A program made the position numbers and the translations under genes. Positions 1 to 7,655 of a DNA stretch of 42,267 nt are shown here, piece by piece (the stretch's first letter is position 1; each line of letters starts with the position of its first letter). Below the pieces are notes generated by a model, which was given only the letters and a program-made list of their open reading frames with translations, was not told the origin of the DNA and searched no databases. The stretch spans positions 1-42,267 of the IMG/VR virus record IMGVR_UViG_3300012232_000025; one strand, 5' to 3'. This stretch comes from a virus (lineage: Duplodnaviria; Caudoviricetes).

Positions 1-37
1 CCCCCCCCCTCGGCCTCGCGTTGGCCCCACAGGACCC
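1..37 (-). other. cosQ-like element and part of cosN
   Basis: Minus strand reads GGGTCCT (37-31; identical to lambda cosQ), a 21-nt spacer, then a G-run (9-1) that joins the other window end. Confidence 0.65.
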
Positions 38-215
38 GCGTGTCGGCGCCAGTGGGCCTGCGGCCGCCCGCGAGGGTCAGCGGCGCAGAACGGGAGTCAA
101 AGCGATCGTCGGGCATCGTAGAGCGTTTGCAGGCCCATCCCTGTCTTCCCAACTCCGGGAAAACGGGGCCGAGGGAGGACCAAAGGGGGAGAGAGCGTGC
201 CCCGATGGGTCGCCC

Positions 216-425
216 TTACCATTTGGCCTCCGGGCAGGGACGAGACGTGCGCCAGGGATGATGGCGCCCGTGCCATTCCGCGCACGCGAGCTTCGGGTGG
301 CAGCAACGGGCCTTCCCCCAACGCTGCCACCACTCGCATTCCCAACAGATGGCCTCACGCGCGCGCCAGCGTTCGAGCACGTCGGGCGCCTCGGGGGCGG
401 GAGGATCACCAGGGTCGCCAGACAT
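216..425 (-). CDS. Small Cys-rich phage protein (DUF6171-like)
   Basis: MSGDPG...REAICWECEWW...RCCHPKLAC...RPCPEAKW fits the R-x-x-IC-x2-C...CP-x2-KW pattern of small phage metal-binding proteins; ATG at 425. Confidence 0.6.
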   Translation of the reverse strand: MSGDPGDPPAPEAPDVLERWRAREAICWECEWWQRWGKARCCHPKLACAEWHGRHHPWRTSRPCPEAKW

Positions 426-711
426 GAGCGTGGAAACGGTTTCGAATCCCGAACCGCACGCGCACCTCCCGCGTGAAGGCAGCAAAGGTGGAGGGGCGCA
501 CCCCGATACGCCTGGCGAGCTGGCTCATGCTCAGGCCGCCGAGCGTGTCCGGGTTGATGGTCCACGCGAGGGCGAGAGCACGACACCGGACACCCCGCAG
601 GTGCTGCCGGCTACCCGACGTCACGGGTTCGGTGACCCAACGAAGCATCTCGTGCATGGCCCCGGCGGCGTCCTGGTAATCCCGAGGCTCGCAAGGAGGG
701 GTCGGCGTCAT
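406..711 (-). CDS. HTH DNA-binding protein, candidate late-gene regulator
   Basis: SMSQLARRIGVRPSTFAAFTREV is HTH-like; ATGA overlap with upstream gene; located near the end of the early operon before cos. Confidence 0.6.
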   Translation of the reverse strand: MTPTPPCEPRDYQDAAGAMHEMLRWVTEPVTSGSRQHLRGVRCRALALAWTINPDTLGGLSMSQLARRIGVRPSTFAAFTREVRVRFGIRNRFHAHVWRPW

Positions 712-1334
712 TTGGCGGTGGCGAGAGCACGAGCAAGGGCGCGCTGGAATTCTACCGGGAGGACCTTGTTTGCGAGCTGACTTTCAGTCGGGCCAAAGCG
801 GAGGATGGGATCGATGTGGGCGTCGGACTTAAAAGCGTACCAGATTTTGAGCGGGAGCCGCTTTTTGCCCCGCCGCGAGGCTATGAAATGTTTCCCGCTA
901 TTGGCCGTCATGACAAAGGCCCGCTTTTCCCCCAGGAGCCGCCGCGGCTTCGAGCGGGCAGGGACAACCGAGGTCTCCTTCGGCCGCGCAGCGCCCACCC
1001 TCGGGATCGCCAGGGAATGACCGCCGGCCTGTTTGATTCCCCCCTTCTCCTGGAGCAACAGCCAATCGGCTCGACTCCCGAGGATCGAGACGGGCTCCAC
1101 TTGGCTCTTCCCGGCAAACTTGATGTTGAACCCCATGCGCGTGCCAGGCTTCCACCAGGGGGCGCCGCGGGAGCGGAGAGTGAAAGCGCCAGGCAGGAGC
1201 TCGGTCACGGTGTGCCGCTGGAGGATCTTCGCCGTTTCATTGACGGCCACCATGGAAGCAAACCTGATTTGCTTGGGGGCATTCTTCACCCGGCGAAGGG
1301 CCGCATCCATGCCGGTGATTTGCAGGCCAGTCAC
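708..1334 (-). CDS. Lambda gpZ-like tail completion/neck protein
   Basis: Basic protein: ...LRRVKNAPKQIRFASMVAVNETAK... and C-terminal EFQRALARALATAK; start probably GTG 1334 (track start 1379). Confidence 0.55.
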   Translation of the reverse strand: MTGLQITGMDAALRRVKNAPKQIRFASMVAVNETAKILQRHTVTELLPGAFTLRSRGAPWWKPGTRMGFNIKFAGKSQVEPVSILGSRADWLLLQEKGGIKQAGGHSLAIPRVGAARPKETSVVPARSKPRRLLGEKRAFVMTANSGKHFIASRRGKKRLPLKIWYAFKSDAHIDPILRFGPTESQLANKVLPVEFQRALARALATAK

Positions 1335-1425
1335 AGGTTCACCAGAGAGAGGAATATCAAGCGAAGCGAATCCTAGCAAGGCGCTGGGGCTTGACCTTCT
1401 GCAGCCTGGCCAGGTCCAGGGGCAT

Positions 1426-1833
1426 TCATTCAGGAGGCTGGTGGGTGAATGGCGGAACGTGAAACAACCCGAGGGCGCCCTTGCAGGGATGGAACGGAAG
1501 CGGCTTCGCGTTGCGGAAGACGAACCCGTACGGACCGACGAACCACGGGGAGTCCGAGCGGTCCACGCAATCGACGATCTCCGCCTCGCCGACGATCCCG
1601 CCGCGTTCCAGTTCGGATCTTCCCGGGAACTCGCGACCGATCAGCATCCTTCCGGCCGCAAACCTCCGGGCGTTCCAGTATTCATTCACCGTCATCCCCT
1701 TGCTCGCGTGTAAAAGGAAGCGTCCGCGGAACCGCGTCTGCCAAGACCTGTTCTCGATGTCCTTTCCGGCGTGCAGAATCAGCCACGCCCACGGCTGGCG
1801 GATGCTCAACGCGACGACGGGAATGGCGCTCAC
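1426..1833 (-). CDS. ASCH domain protein
   Basis: ALSIRQPWAWLILHAGKDIENRSWQTRFRG...LHAS signature; C-terminal KGALGLF. Confidence 0.9.
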   Translation of the reverse strand: MSAIPVVALSIRQPWAWLILHAGKDIENRSWQTRFRGRFLLHASKGMTVNEYWNARRFAAGRMLIGREFPGRSELERGGIVGEAEIVDCVDRSDSPWFVGPYGFVFRNAKPLPFHPCKGALGLFHVPPFTHQPPE

Positions 1834-2228
1834 TTCCCCTCCTTCCGCTGCTCGGCGATCAGGGCGTCGGCGACCACCGGAGATGCGTCGGCCTCGGCCT
1901 GCTTGCGTTGCTTCTCCAGCGTCAGGTATTGGGCGACGTGGCGCGCATGGTGATCGAGCCAGCCTTTGATCATTCGGGCTTGCCCGTGCCAGCAGTCGCA
2001 GTCCATGCAGTATTCCGTGCCTGCGATGGTCAGGGTTTCGACCGTGTAATCCAGACTGGTTGCATTCGGATCGGCTTCAAGACCCTCAAACTCCCCGGGA
2101 TCCCAGTCATAGTCGTCGCGGTCATGGTGATAGAACGTCCGACCGCATTTGCACTGCCTACGGCATCCAGCCGACATCGACGAGAATGCCCGCTCGAAAG
2201 TTTGGAGGTCATCGGGTGTTGGATTCAT
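1830..2228 (-). CDS. Hypothetical Cys-rich protein
   Basis: CKCGR and CMDCDC motifs; overlaps its neighbours in the operon. Confidence 0.65.
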   Translation of the reverse strand: MNPTPDDLQTFERAFSSMSAGCRRQCKCGRTFYHHDRDDYDWDPGEFEGLEADPNATSLDYTVETLTIAGTEYCMDCDCWHGQARMIKGWLDHHARHVAQYLTLEKQRKQAEADASPVVADALIAEQRKEGK

Positions 2229-2547
2229 AGCCCTTCGGTGGACCGGACGTGAGTGATTTGAGGTAGCCTGCGAGGTGGGGTTTGAACCATTCCGACACCT
2301 CGATCATGGGTTCGAAGAACGTCTGCCCCATGACGACGCGACCTTGCACGCGCAGGTGGCAGCGCTGGCAGAGAGCGGCAAGGTTCCAGTCGTCGCAATT
2401 GGCCTTGTTGCCATCGAGGTGATGGACAGTCAGGCAGTAGCCCGTCTGCGGCTCATGCGGGTGGCCGCAGCGCTCGCACTTCCACCCGGCGCCATCCTTG
2501 ATGCGACCGGCGATGTCCTTCCAGTCGGGTGGATAGGTGGCGGTCAT
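2209..2547 (-). CDS. HNH endonuclease
   Basis: YPPDW...CERCG...LTVHHLDGNKANCDDWNLAALCQRCH; ATG at 2547 overlaps the upstream stop. Confidence 0.88.
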   Translation of the reverse strand: MTATYPPDWKDIAGRIKDGAGWKCERCGHPHEPQTGYCLTVHHLDGNKANCDDWNLAALCQRCHLRVQGRVVMGQTFFEPMIEVSEWFKPHLAGYLKSLTSGPPKGYESNTR

Positions 2548-2816
2548 TCCTTCTCCTCCTTCCGCCGCTCGGCGCTGGAGATCTCGATTGCCGCATCCGG
2601 TCCGCGAACCCGCCGGATGAAGTCGGCGAAGGACTCCCAGACTGGGCAGAGCGTGACCCGCTTGGGCAATGGCCTGGCATGGAGATCTCCCCAACGGCTC
2701 GCGCAATCCGGACAAGTGGCGTAGCCGCAAATGATGAAACCGCCCGGGCGATCGCTGTCCGTCCAGTCCTCGTTGCAAACGTCGCAGATGACGGCTCTGC
2801 CAATGGGAATGCTCAT
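2544..2816 (-). CDS. Small zinc-finger protein
   Basis: CDVC...CPDC motifs; ATGA coupling. Confidence 0.65.
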   Translation of the reverse strand: MSIPIGRAVICDVCNEDWTDSDRPGGFIICGYATCPDCASRWGDLHARPLPKRVTLCPVWESFADFIRRVRGPDAAIEISSAERRKEEKE

Positions 2817-3193
2817 GCCAATGTTTCCCTGGGCGGAAGTTTCACCTCCACCCCGACCTGCTTCCAGAGGTGCAGGCAGTGGGGGTGAGCATTCACATAT
2901 TCGGATTTTCGTGGGTGGAACTGCACCACCGTCTCGTCATCCGCCCAGAAGAGTTCCTTCACCCTGCACATCTCTTCCCAGGAGGGAATACGGTGAAGGA
3001 CCGACACCGAGACGTGCTCCCAATTCTTGATCTCCGCGTTCCACGTTGGGTCATCGGGGCCCGGCGTTCCGGAGGAGATCACTCTCAATTCGCCGATCCG
3101 AAAGAACCCATGATTCGCGCCGGCAGGGGTGTTCCCCAATTGGGGATGTGGTCTCCTATACTCGTCGAGTCGATGGTTCGGTTCCGGTCTCAT
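2813..3193 (-). CDS. Conserved phage protein (DUF7694-like)
   Basis: WEHVSVS...PSWEEMCRVKELFW...QFHPRKSEYVNAHPHCLHLW motif; ATG at 3193. Confidence 0.8.
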   Translation of the reverse strand: MRPEPNHRLDEYRRPHPQLGNTPAGANHGFFRIGELRVISSGTPGPDDPTWNAEIKNWEHVSVSVLHRIPSWEEMCRVKELFWADDETVVQFHPRKSEYVNAHPHCLHLWKQVGVEVKLPPRETLA

Positions 3194-3414
3194 TGAATGT
3201 GTTTCATCCATTCTTCCTCGCCGCTGGCTTTGATAAGCCATTCCTTGACTGCGTTGACTGCATCCTTTCTCTGCGCGTTGGAGATGTAGATCAGCCGCCC
3301 GTCATCCCGATCGAAGGGGAACGCCAGCAGGATGAACCCGTGTTGATCGGGAAGCTTGGCCTCCAGAAGCTTCGCCATCTCCCTGAGGTAGTCTCTGTCC
3401 ATACGGTCACTCAT
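3190..3414 (-). CDS. Hypothetical protein
   Basis: GFILLAFPF...YISNAQRKD motif typical of small phage proteins; in operon. Confidence 0.7.
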   Translation of the reverse strand: MSDRMDRDYLREMAKLLEAKLPDQHGFILLAFPFDRDDGRLIYISNAQRKDAVNAVKEWLIKASGEEEWMKHIQ

Positions 3415-3420
3415 AGGGGT

Positions 3421-3777
3421 TCATGGCACAGAGTCCGTTAGCGCCTCCGAGACCTTCGGCTGCGCGGTCTCGCCCAGGATGAATTCGACGTCCACGACCG
3501 CGCCCGACTCGATCTCGTCGAAGTGCGCAATCAGCCACTTATGCGCCTCAGGAATCGTTCGGGCGGATGTTTCCCAGTCGTAGGGATCGCACTTAAACTC
3601 CCCGTCCCCGCCGTTGATTCGCGCCAGCAGAACGTAGCTGCATTGATCTTCCGGGTCCGCGCCGTAGCCGGCACGCGACAGCAGATACCGGTCGGCTTCG
3701 TTCCCCGGGTCCAGCCGGATGGCGAGCATCGGGATGAAGGTTGCCCTGTCGCGGACTTCAATGGTTTTGGTGATCAT
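3421..3777 (-). CDS. Hypothetical protein
   Basis: Protein-like 118 aa ORF (IEVRDRATFIP...DPYDW...GAVVDVEFILGE), tightly packed. Confidence 0.75.
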   Translation of the reverse strand: MITKTIEVRDRATFIPMLAIRLDPGNEADRYLLSRAGYGADPEDQCSYVLLARINGGDGEFKCDPYDWETSARTIPEAHKWLIAHFDEIESGAVVDVEFILGETAQPKVSEALTDSVP

Positions 3778-4100
3778 GGTGTTTCTCGCTCATCGTTGTT
3801 GGAGGAAATGGCCAAAGGCTTAGATCGCCGGAGCCTTCGTTCGGTACATTGAACGACGAATCCAAGGTCTTCGGCCGCCCTTTGGGCCATCGCGGCGATT
3901 TGAATGAGTTCGAGGAGCATCGTTGTTCGATCCCGCTCGGCCCTCTTCTTTTTGACCTCGTCCCAGAACTCATCGATCTCCTCGAGGATTATCGAATAAG
4001 CCTCATGCGCTGAGTTGAACGGTGCGTTCTTGCTTCGAGCCGAAATCAATTCGGCCGCGACCAAATTGGGGAACAGGGTCTCAATCTTTTTTTCGCTCAT
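3774..4100 (-). CDS. MazG-like nucleotide pyrophosphohydrolase
   Basis: FNSAHEAYSIILEEIDEFWDEVK...ELIQIAAMA: all-alpha NTP-PPase EExxE...E-x-x-Q pattern; ATG at 4100. Confidence 0.65.
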   Translation of the reverse strand: MSEKKIETLFPNLVAAELISARSKNAPFNSAHEAYSIILEEIDEFWDEVKKKRAERDRTTMLLELIQIAAMAQRAAEDLGFVVQCTERRLRRSKPLAISSNNDERETP

Positions 4101-4414
4101 CGTAGTGGCCTCCGGGGCTGGCATTCGTGTTCCGAAAGGGTCACCTCCCCGACCTTCCAAACGTAGACCCACACACTCGAGTTCGGACCGTCGCCGTGCA
4201 TCAGCACCCTGCATGTGCCTCCAGGATCGCCGCCGGACGCATTGAGCCCGTGCTTCTCGCGCAGATGAGCCATGGCCTCGGCAATCGTCATCCGCCCCGT
4301 GATGGGAATGGCCGGTCCCTCCTTGGGATGACAGTTGTGGCAAAAGAACCACCGGCCGAATTCCGGCGATGGCGTCGAAGGCTCAGGCAAGCGGGCAGGC
4401 CCTTTGATCTTCAT
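4097..4414 (-). CDS. Hypothetical C2H2-like zinc-binding protein
   Basis: CHNC...HLREKH; ATGA overlaps on both sides. Confidence 0.6.
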   Translation of the reverse strand: MKIKGPARLPEPSTPSPEFGRWFFCHNCHPKEGPAIPITGRMTIAEAMAHLREKHGLNASGGDPGGTCRVLMHGDGPNSSVWVYVWKVGEVTLSEHECQPRRPLR

Positions 4415-4695
4415 CGCGGGTCAGTAGTTGAACTGAGCTTGCGCGCCCCTTGCTCCTCGATGTCCATCCACTTGATCACGGCGTCCGCCTGGTCGAGGGC
4501 CTGCTCGGCCATTTGGTCACGTGTCCAGGCTAACTCCGGGTCACCCCACATTCCGCACAGGACCTGCCCGACGAGCCACTGGCGGTAGGTCATGCCGGAG
4601 CTGCCCGGGTATTGGTACGTCGTGAGCCCGCCCTCGCCGAACATGGAATCGCCGAGCTGCGGAACTGGAAACGCCGGCCTGTCACCCACGCTCAT
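4411..4695 (-). CDS. Conserved small phage protein (PAFP...GMTxR family)
   Basis: PAFPV...GMTYRQWLVGQVL...ALDQADAVI, a common pattern in phage early regions. Confidence 0.75.
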   Translation of the reverse strand: MSVGDRPAFPVPQLGDSMFGEGGLTTYQYPGSSGMTYRQWLVGQVLCGMWGDPELAWTRDQMAEQALDQADAVIKWMDIEEQGARKLSSTTDPR

Positions 4696-4728
4696 CGTAC
4701 CCCCTCCAGAATGGCGCCCACGGTCAGG

Positions 4729-4915
4729 GTGCGCGGAAATGTGCGCGGAAAGTGTTTTTGTGTTTTTCTGGGGGTAGGGGGTGTGGGTGTGCGCGGAAAT
4801 ACACCCCCCTTTTTTATACCCCTTAAGGGGTAAAAAAAGGTGTATTTTCCGCGCACCACACTTGCCAAGTGCGCGGATATTCCGTGCAGTGACTTTTCGC
4901 GCACTTTCCGCGCAC
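4729..4915. repeat. Putative replication origin: GTGCGCGGAAA iterons around a palindrome
   Basis: GTGCGCGGAAA at 4729, 4741, 4789; inverted at 4846, 4905; variants at 4869, 4895; perfect palindrome TACCCCTTAAGGGGTA (4817-4832) flanked by T6/A6 tracts; directly downstream of the primase-helicase gene. Confidence 0.75.
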
Positions 4916-4920
4916 TGATT

Positions 4921-7068
4921 TCAGGCTTTGAAATAGAGGTCATTTTCGAGCTTCAGGTTGGGGGTTCTGGTGGTCTTGTCGGTGAGCCGGTTGAGAAGCC
5001 CACGGATGGCGGTGTCGCCCATTCCCTGACCGCGTTCGGCCAGCCAGGATTTCAGGAGGATAATGGTCCTGCGCTGGCTCAGGCCGTCGGCCGGCATCGA
5101 GGCGCTGAAGGGTGAGAAGTCGAGGGTGGAGACCGCGCGCTCGACGGCGGATGGGCGGCCGCGAGAACCGGTGCCGCGCTGGGATCGTCCAGGACCGCCG
5201 CAACCCTCTCCTCCGCTGTCCTCACCCTCGGCGGGCTCGGAAGGGGCCTCAGACTGTATCCAGCGAATGCCAACATCTGCATGGCGAAGCCAGAGGCTCG
5301 AGGTCGGCTCCCCGTTGAGGTGGGTGGCACCGGCCCGGCGGCCGCGCTTGGCGAGCATCAGCTGGTAGAGCCCGCCATCGACCGGGCGCAGGAGCATCAC
5401 CGCCCGGGCCCAGTTCACGAGCTCGGACGAGCCGAGGCCGGAATAGGCCCAATCGATGGCGGTCCAGCCCTTGGTTTCCTTGGCGGACTTCGGCTTCCCG
5501 GTGTGGTGCACGCCGATCGCGACGGCGCCGGTCGACTCGAGCACGGGGTTCAGCTGGGCCCGGAGGAAGGTGCTGACCTCGGATTGTTTCGAGACGTCGA
5601 TGCCGGCGAAGGAGAGCAAAGGGTCGATCCAGACGATGTCCGGCCGGTCGACGTCCAGCATCCGGTGCAGGCGCTCGACGAAGGCAGCGCCGACGCTCCG
5701 GGTCTCGCTGCGGAACCGAACGTTGGCGGCCACGGCGGCGAGCTGCTCGCTGCGCGGGTCGAGCTGGTAGGCGGCGGCGATGCCCTGGGCCATCTCTGCC
5801 AGGTCATGCTGGTCGTTCTCGGCCTGGATGATCAGGGACTTGAGGGGCCGCGCCGGCGTAATCCCCCAAACCGGCAGGCCCATCGCCCAGCCGACGGCAA
5901 ACTCGGTCACCAGTGACGACTTGCCGATGCCGGATGGACCAAGGAGCCAGGCGGACTTCCCTTTGCACAGGTAGCGGAGCGTCTCACCGCCACGGAAACC
6001 GATGACGCAGTTCGGATCCTGCCGGGTGTCGAGGTCAAGCAGCTCATCGATCCCCACGGATTTGCCGAGGGCGTCGCCATCGAGGCGCTTGCGCCACTCG
6101 GACCAGGACGGGCAGCCGGTGCCAAGCGCAAGGAGCTCCTGCCGGCGTGCGCCACGCTTGCTGTCGGGCAGGCGCGAGAACCGGGACGGGTTCTTGTTCT
6201 TGGCGTCGACGCCGTACGCAGCGAAGTGCTGGTGCAGGAAGGTGACCCGCTCGTCGTATTCGCGGCGGTCGACGGCTTCGATCCGCACCCAGGCGTGGAC
6301 GGACTTGCCGCCCGACGAGATGATGGCGGCGCAGGGGATCTCGGCGGCGATCCATAAGGCGTACTGCTGGACCGGCGACAGGCCGACGTCGATCTCGAGC
6401 AGGGCATGGCGGTACGATGAGACGTCGGCGTCCTTGGCCCCGCCCGGTTTCATCGGGTTGATGCCGATGAAGACCCCGGCGCCGCGGGATGACGACCAGA
6501 GGCCGTTGGGCCCGCCCTTCGTCTCCATCATCTGGATCCATTGCGCGGCCGTGAACACCGCGCCCTCGTCCTTGGGCACCTCGCGGCCGTCGTGTTCGTC
6601 GATTCGGCCCTGGGCAATGCGGACGCCCTCGTCGGGGCTGAAGGCGGCCCGCAGCAGCTCGACGGCGCCGTGCGGGACGGCGTCCGGGAGGCAATCCAGC
6701 TCCGGAACCTCGTAGGAGGCTGCAGGAGGCGATCGGAGGGGGTCCGGCTGTGAAGACCTTGCCCTTTGCGCCGAGGCCCTCCCGTTGTGACTGGCGCGCG
6801 GCGCGGTGGCTTTGGCGCCGACGGTCCCGCGGTTGGCGGCACCATTCCAGGCAGAGCGGATGGTGGTCGTGATCTCGCCATTGGACAGCGGTGGGATCAT
6901 GCGGCCGGACCATTCAGTCATAAGCCGAGCGAAGTCTGATTCGCCGACGCCGGGGAATCTCTCGCGGACGGCGAAGGCGGCCCGGTTGAGACCGTCGTTG
7001 CGGGAGCCCTCGCCTGGGGCGGGTATGGCGGCGAGGTAGGACTCGGCCCGTTCGAGGTCTGAGCGCAT
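4921..7068 (-). CDS. Primase-helicase (PriCT-like + RepB-type primase + AAA_25/RepA-type helicase)
   Basis: GEGSRNDGL...PPLSNGEITTTIRSA (PriCT); SSGGKSVHAWVRI, DAKNKNPSRFSRLP (primase); Walker A GPSGIGKS, IVWIDP, VHHTGK, SGLGSS. Confidence 0.85.
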   Translation of the reverse strand: MRSDLERAESYLAAIPAPGEGSRNDGLNRAAFAVRERFPGVGESDFARLMTEWSGRMIPPLSNGEITTTIRSAWNGAANRGTVGAKATAPRASHNGRASAQRARSSQPDPLRSPPAASYEVPELDCLPDAVPHGAVELLRAAFSPDEGVRIAQGRIDEHDGREVPKDEGAVFTAAQWIQMMETKGGPNGLWSSSRGAGVFIGINPMKPGGAKDADVSSYRHALLEIDVGLSPVQQYALWIAAEIPCAAIISSGGKSVHAWVRIEAVDRREYDERVTFLHQHFAAYGVDAKNKNPSRFSRLPDSKRGARRQELLALGTGCPSWSEWRKRLDGDALGKSVGIDELLDLDTRQDPNCVIGFRGGETLRYLCKGKSAWLLGPSGIGKSSLVTEFAVGWAMGLPVWGITPARPLKSLIIQAENDQHDLAEMAQGIAAAYQLDPRSEQLAAVAANVRFRSETRSVGAAFVERLHRMLDVDRPDIVWIDPLLSFAGIDVSKQSEVSTFLRAQLNPVLESTGAVAIGVHHTGKPKSAKETKGWTAIDWAYSGLGSSELVNWARAVMLLRPVDGGLYQLMLAKRGRRAGATHLNGEPTSSLWLRHADVGIRWIQSEAPSEPAEGEDSGGEGCGGPGRSQRGTGSRGRPSAVERAVSTLDFSPFSASMPADGLSQRRTIILLKSWLAERGQGMGDTAIRGLLNRLTDKTTRTPNLKLENDLYFKA

Positions 7069-7283
7069 GGGGGAAGCGGGGGAAGGCCCTTCAGGATTTC
7101 ATCGGATACCTCGGCGAGAAGAAGCTGCCGCCTGAGCGTGCCGACGATGGCCCCCATGCAGGCAATTTCATGATCGGCCCTGGGTTTTGTGAGTCGCCCG
7201 TCGGCGATCCACTTCGGGTAAGCGCGCTCGCGAAGGGCGAGCTCGCGCTCGGCGCAGTTCAGTTGGTCGCGGAGGGTTGCCAT
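6918..7283 (-). CDS. Conserved phage hypothetical protein
   Basis: QLNCAERELALRERAYPKWIADGRLT...ADHEIACMGAI helical family; 3' tail overlaps the primase start. Confidence 0.7.
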   Translation of the reverse strand: MATLRDQLNCAERELALRERAYPKWIADGRLTKPRADHEIACMGAIVGTLRRQLLLAEVSDEILKGLPPLPPCAQTSNGPSPTSPPYPPQARAPATTVSTGPPSPSARDSPASANQTSLGL

Positions 7284-7286
7284 TGG

Positions 7287-7655
7287 TCATGGGTCTTCCT
7301 CCCCGTCCGCCTTGCGCCGGATGAACTCGGCCAGGGCCTCGAGGGTTTTCCAGTCCTTCACCATGTCGGGGCTCAGGCGAACCACGACCCACCCCAGCAT
7401 GATGACGTGGAAGTCCTTCTCCCGGTCGCGCGCGGCGCCGGCGCCCGACGTGTGCCCGCCCCTGGCGCCACGCCACAGGCCGCCGTCGATCTCGACCAGA
7501 ACCCGAGACGCCCGGTGCGCGAAGTCGAAGCGGAAATCCCGACCAAGGACCTTCACTTCGCGGTCGAGTTCGGGTGCGCGCTTCAGCGCCGACCAGCGGA
7601 TGACGAAGTCGCGCTCGAGGCGCGATCCACGGACCTTGGTCGTGTTGAGGCTCAC
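7287..7655 (-). CDS. DUF559/Vsr-like endonuclease
   Basis: SRLE...RDFRFDFAH...LVEIDGG...H...RDREKD...GWVVVR. Confidence 0.85.
   Translation of the reverse strand: MSLNTTKVRGSRLERDFVIRWSALKRAPELDREVKVLGRDFRFDFAHRASRVLVEIDGGLWRGARGGHTSGAGAARDREKDFHVIMLGWVVVRLSPDMVKDWKTLEALAEFIRRKADGEEDP

Noticed and set aside
4729-4915. Mini CRISPR array
   Set aside because: Repeats are 11 bp, in mixed orientation and irregularly spaced; iteron-like instead.
4692-4943. 83-aa ORF across the origin
   Set aside because: Translation simply mirrors the repeats; probably non-coding, though coupling to the next gene cannot be excluded.
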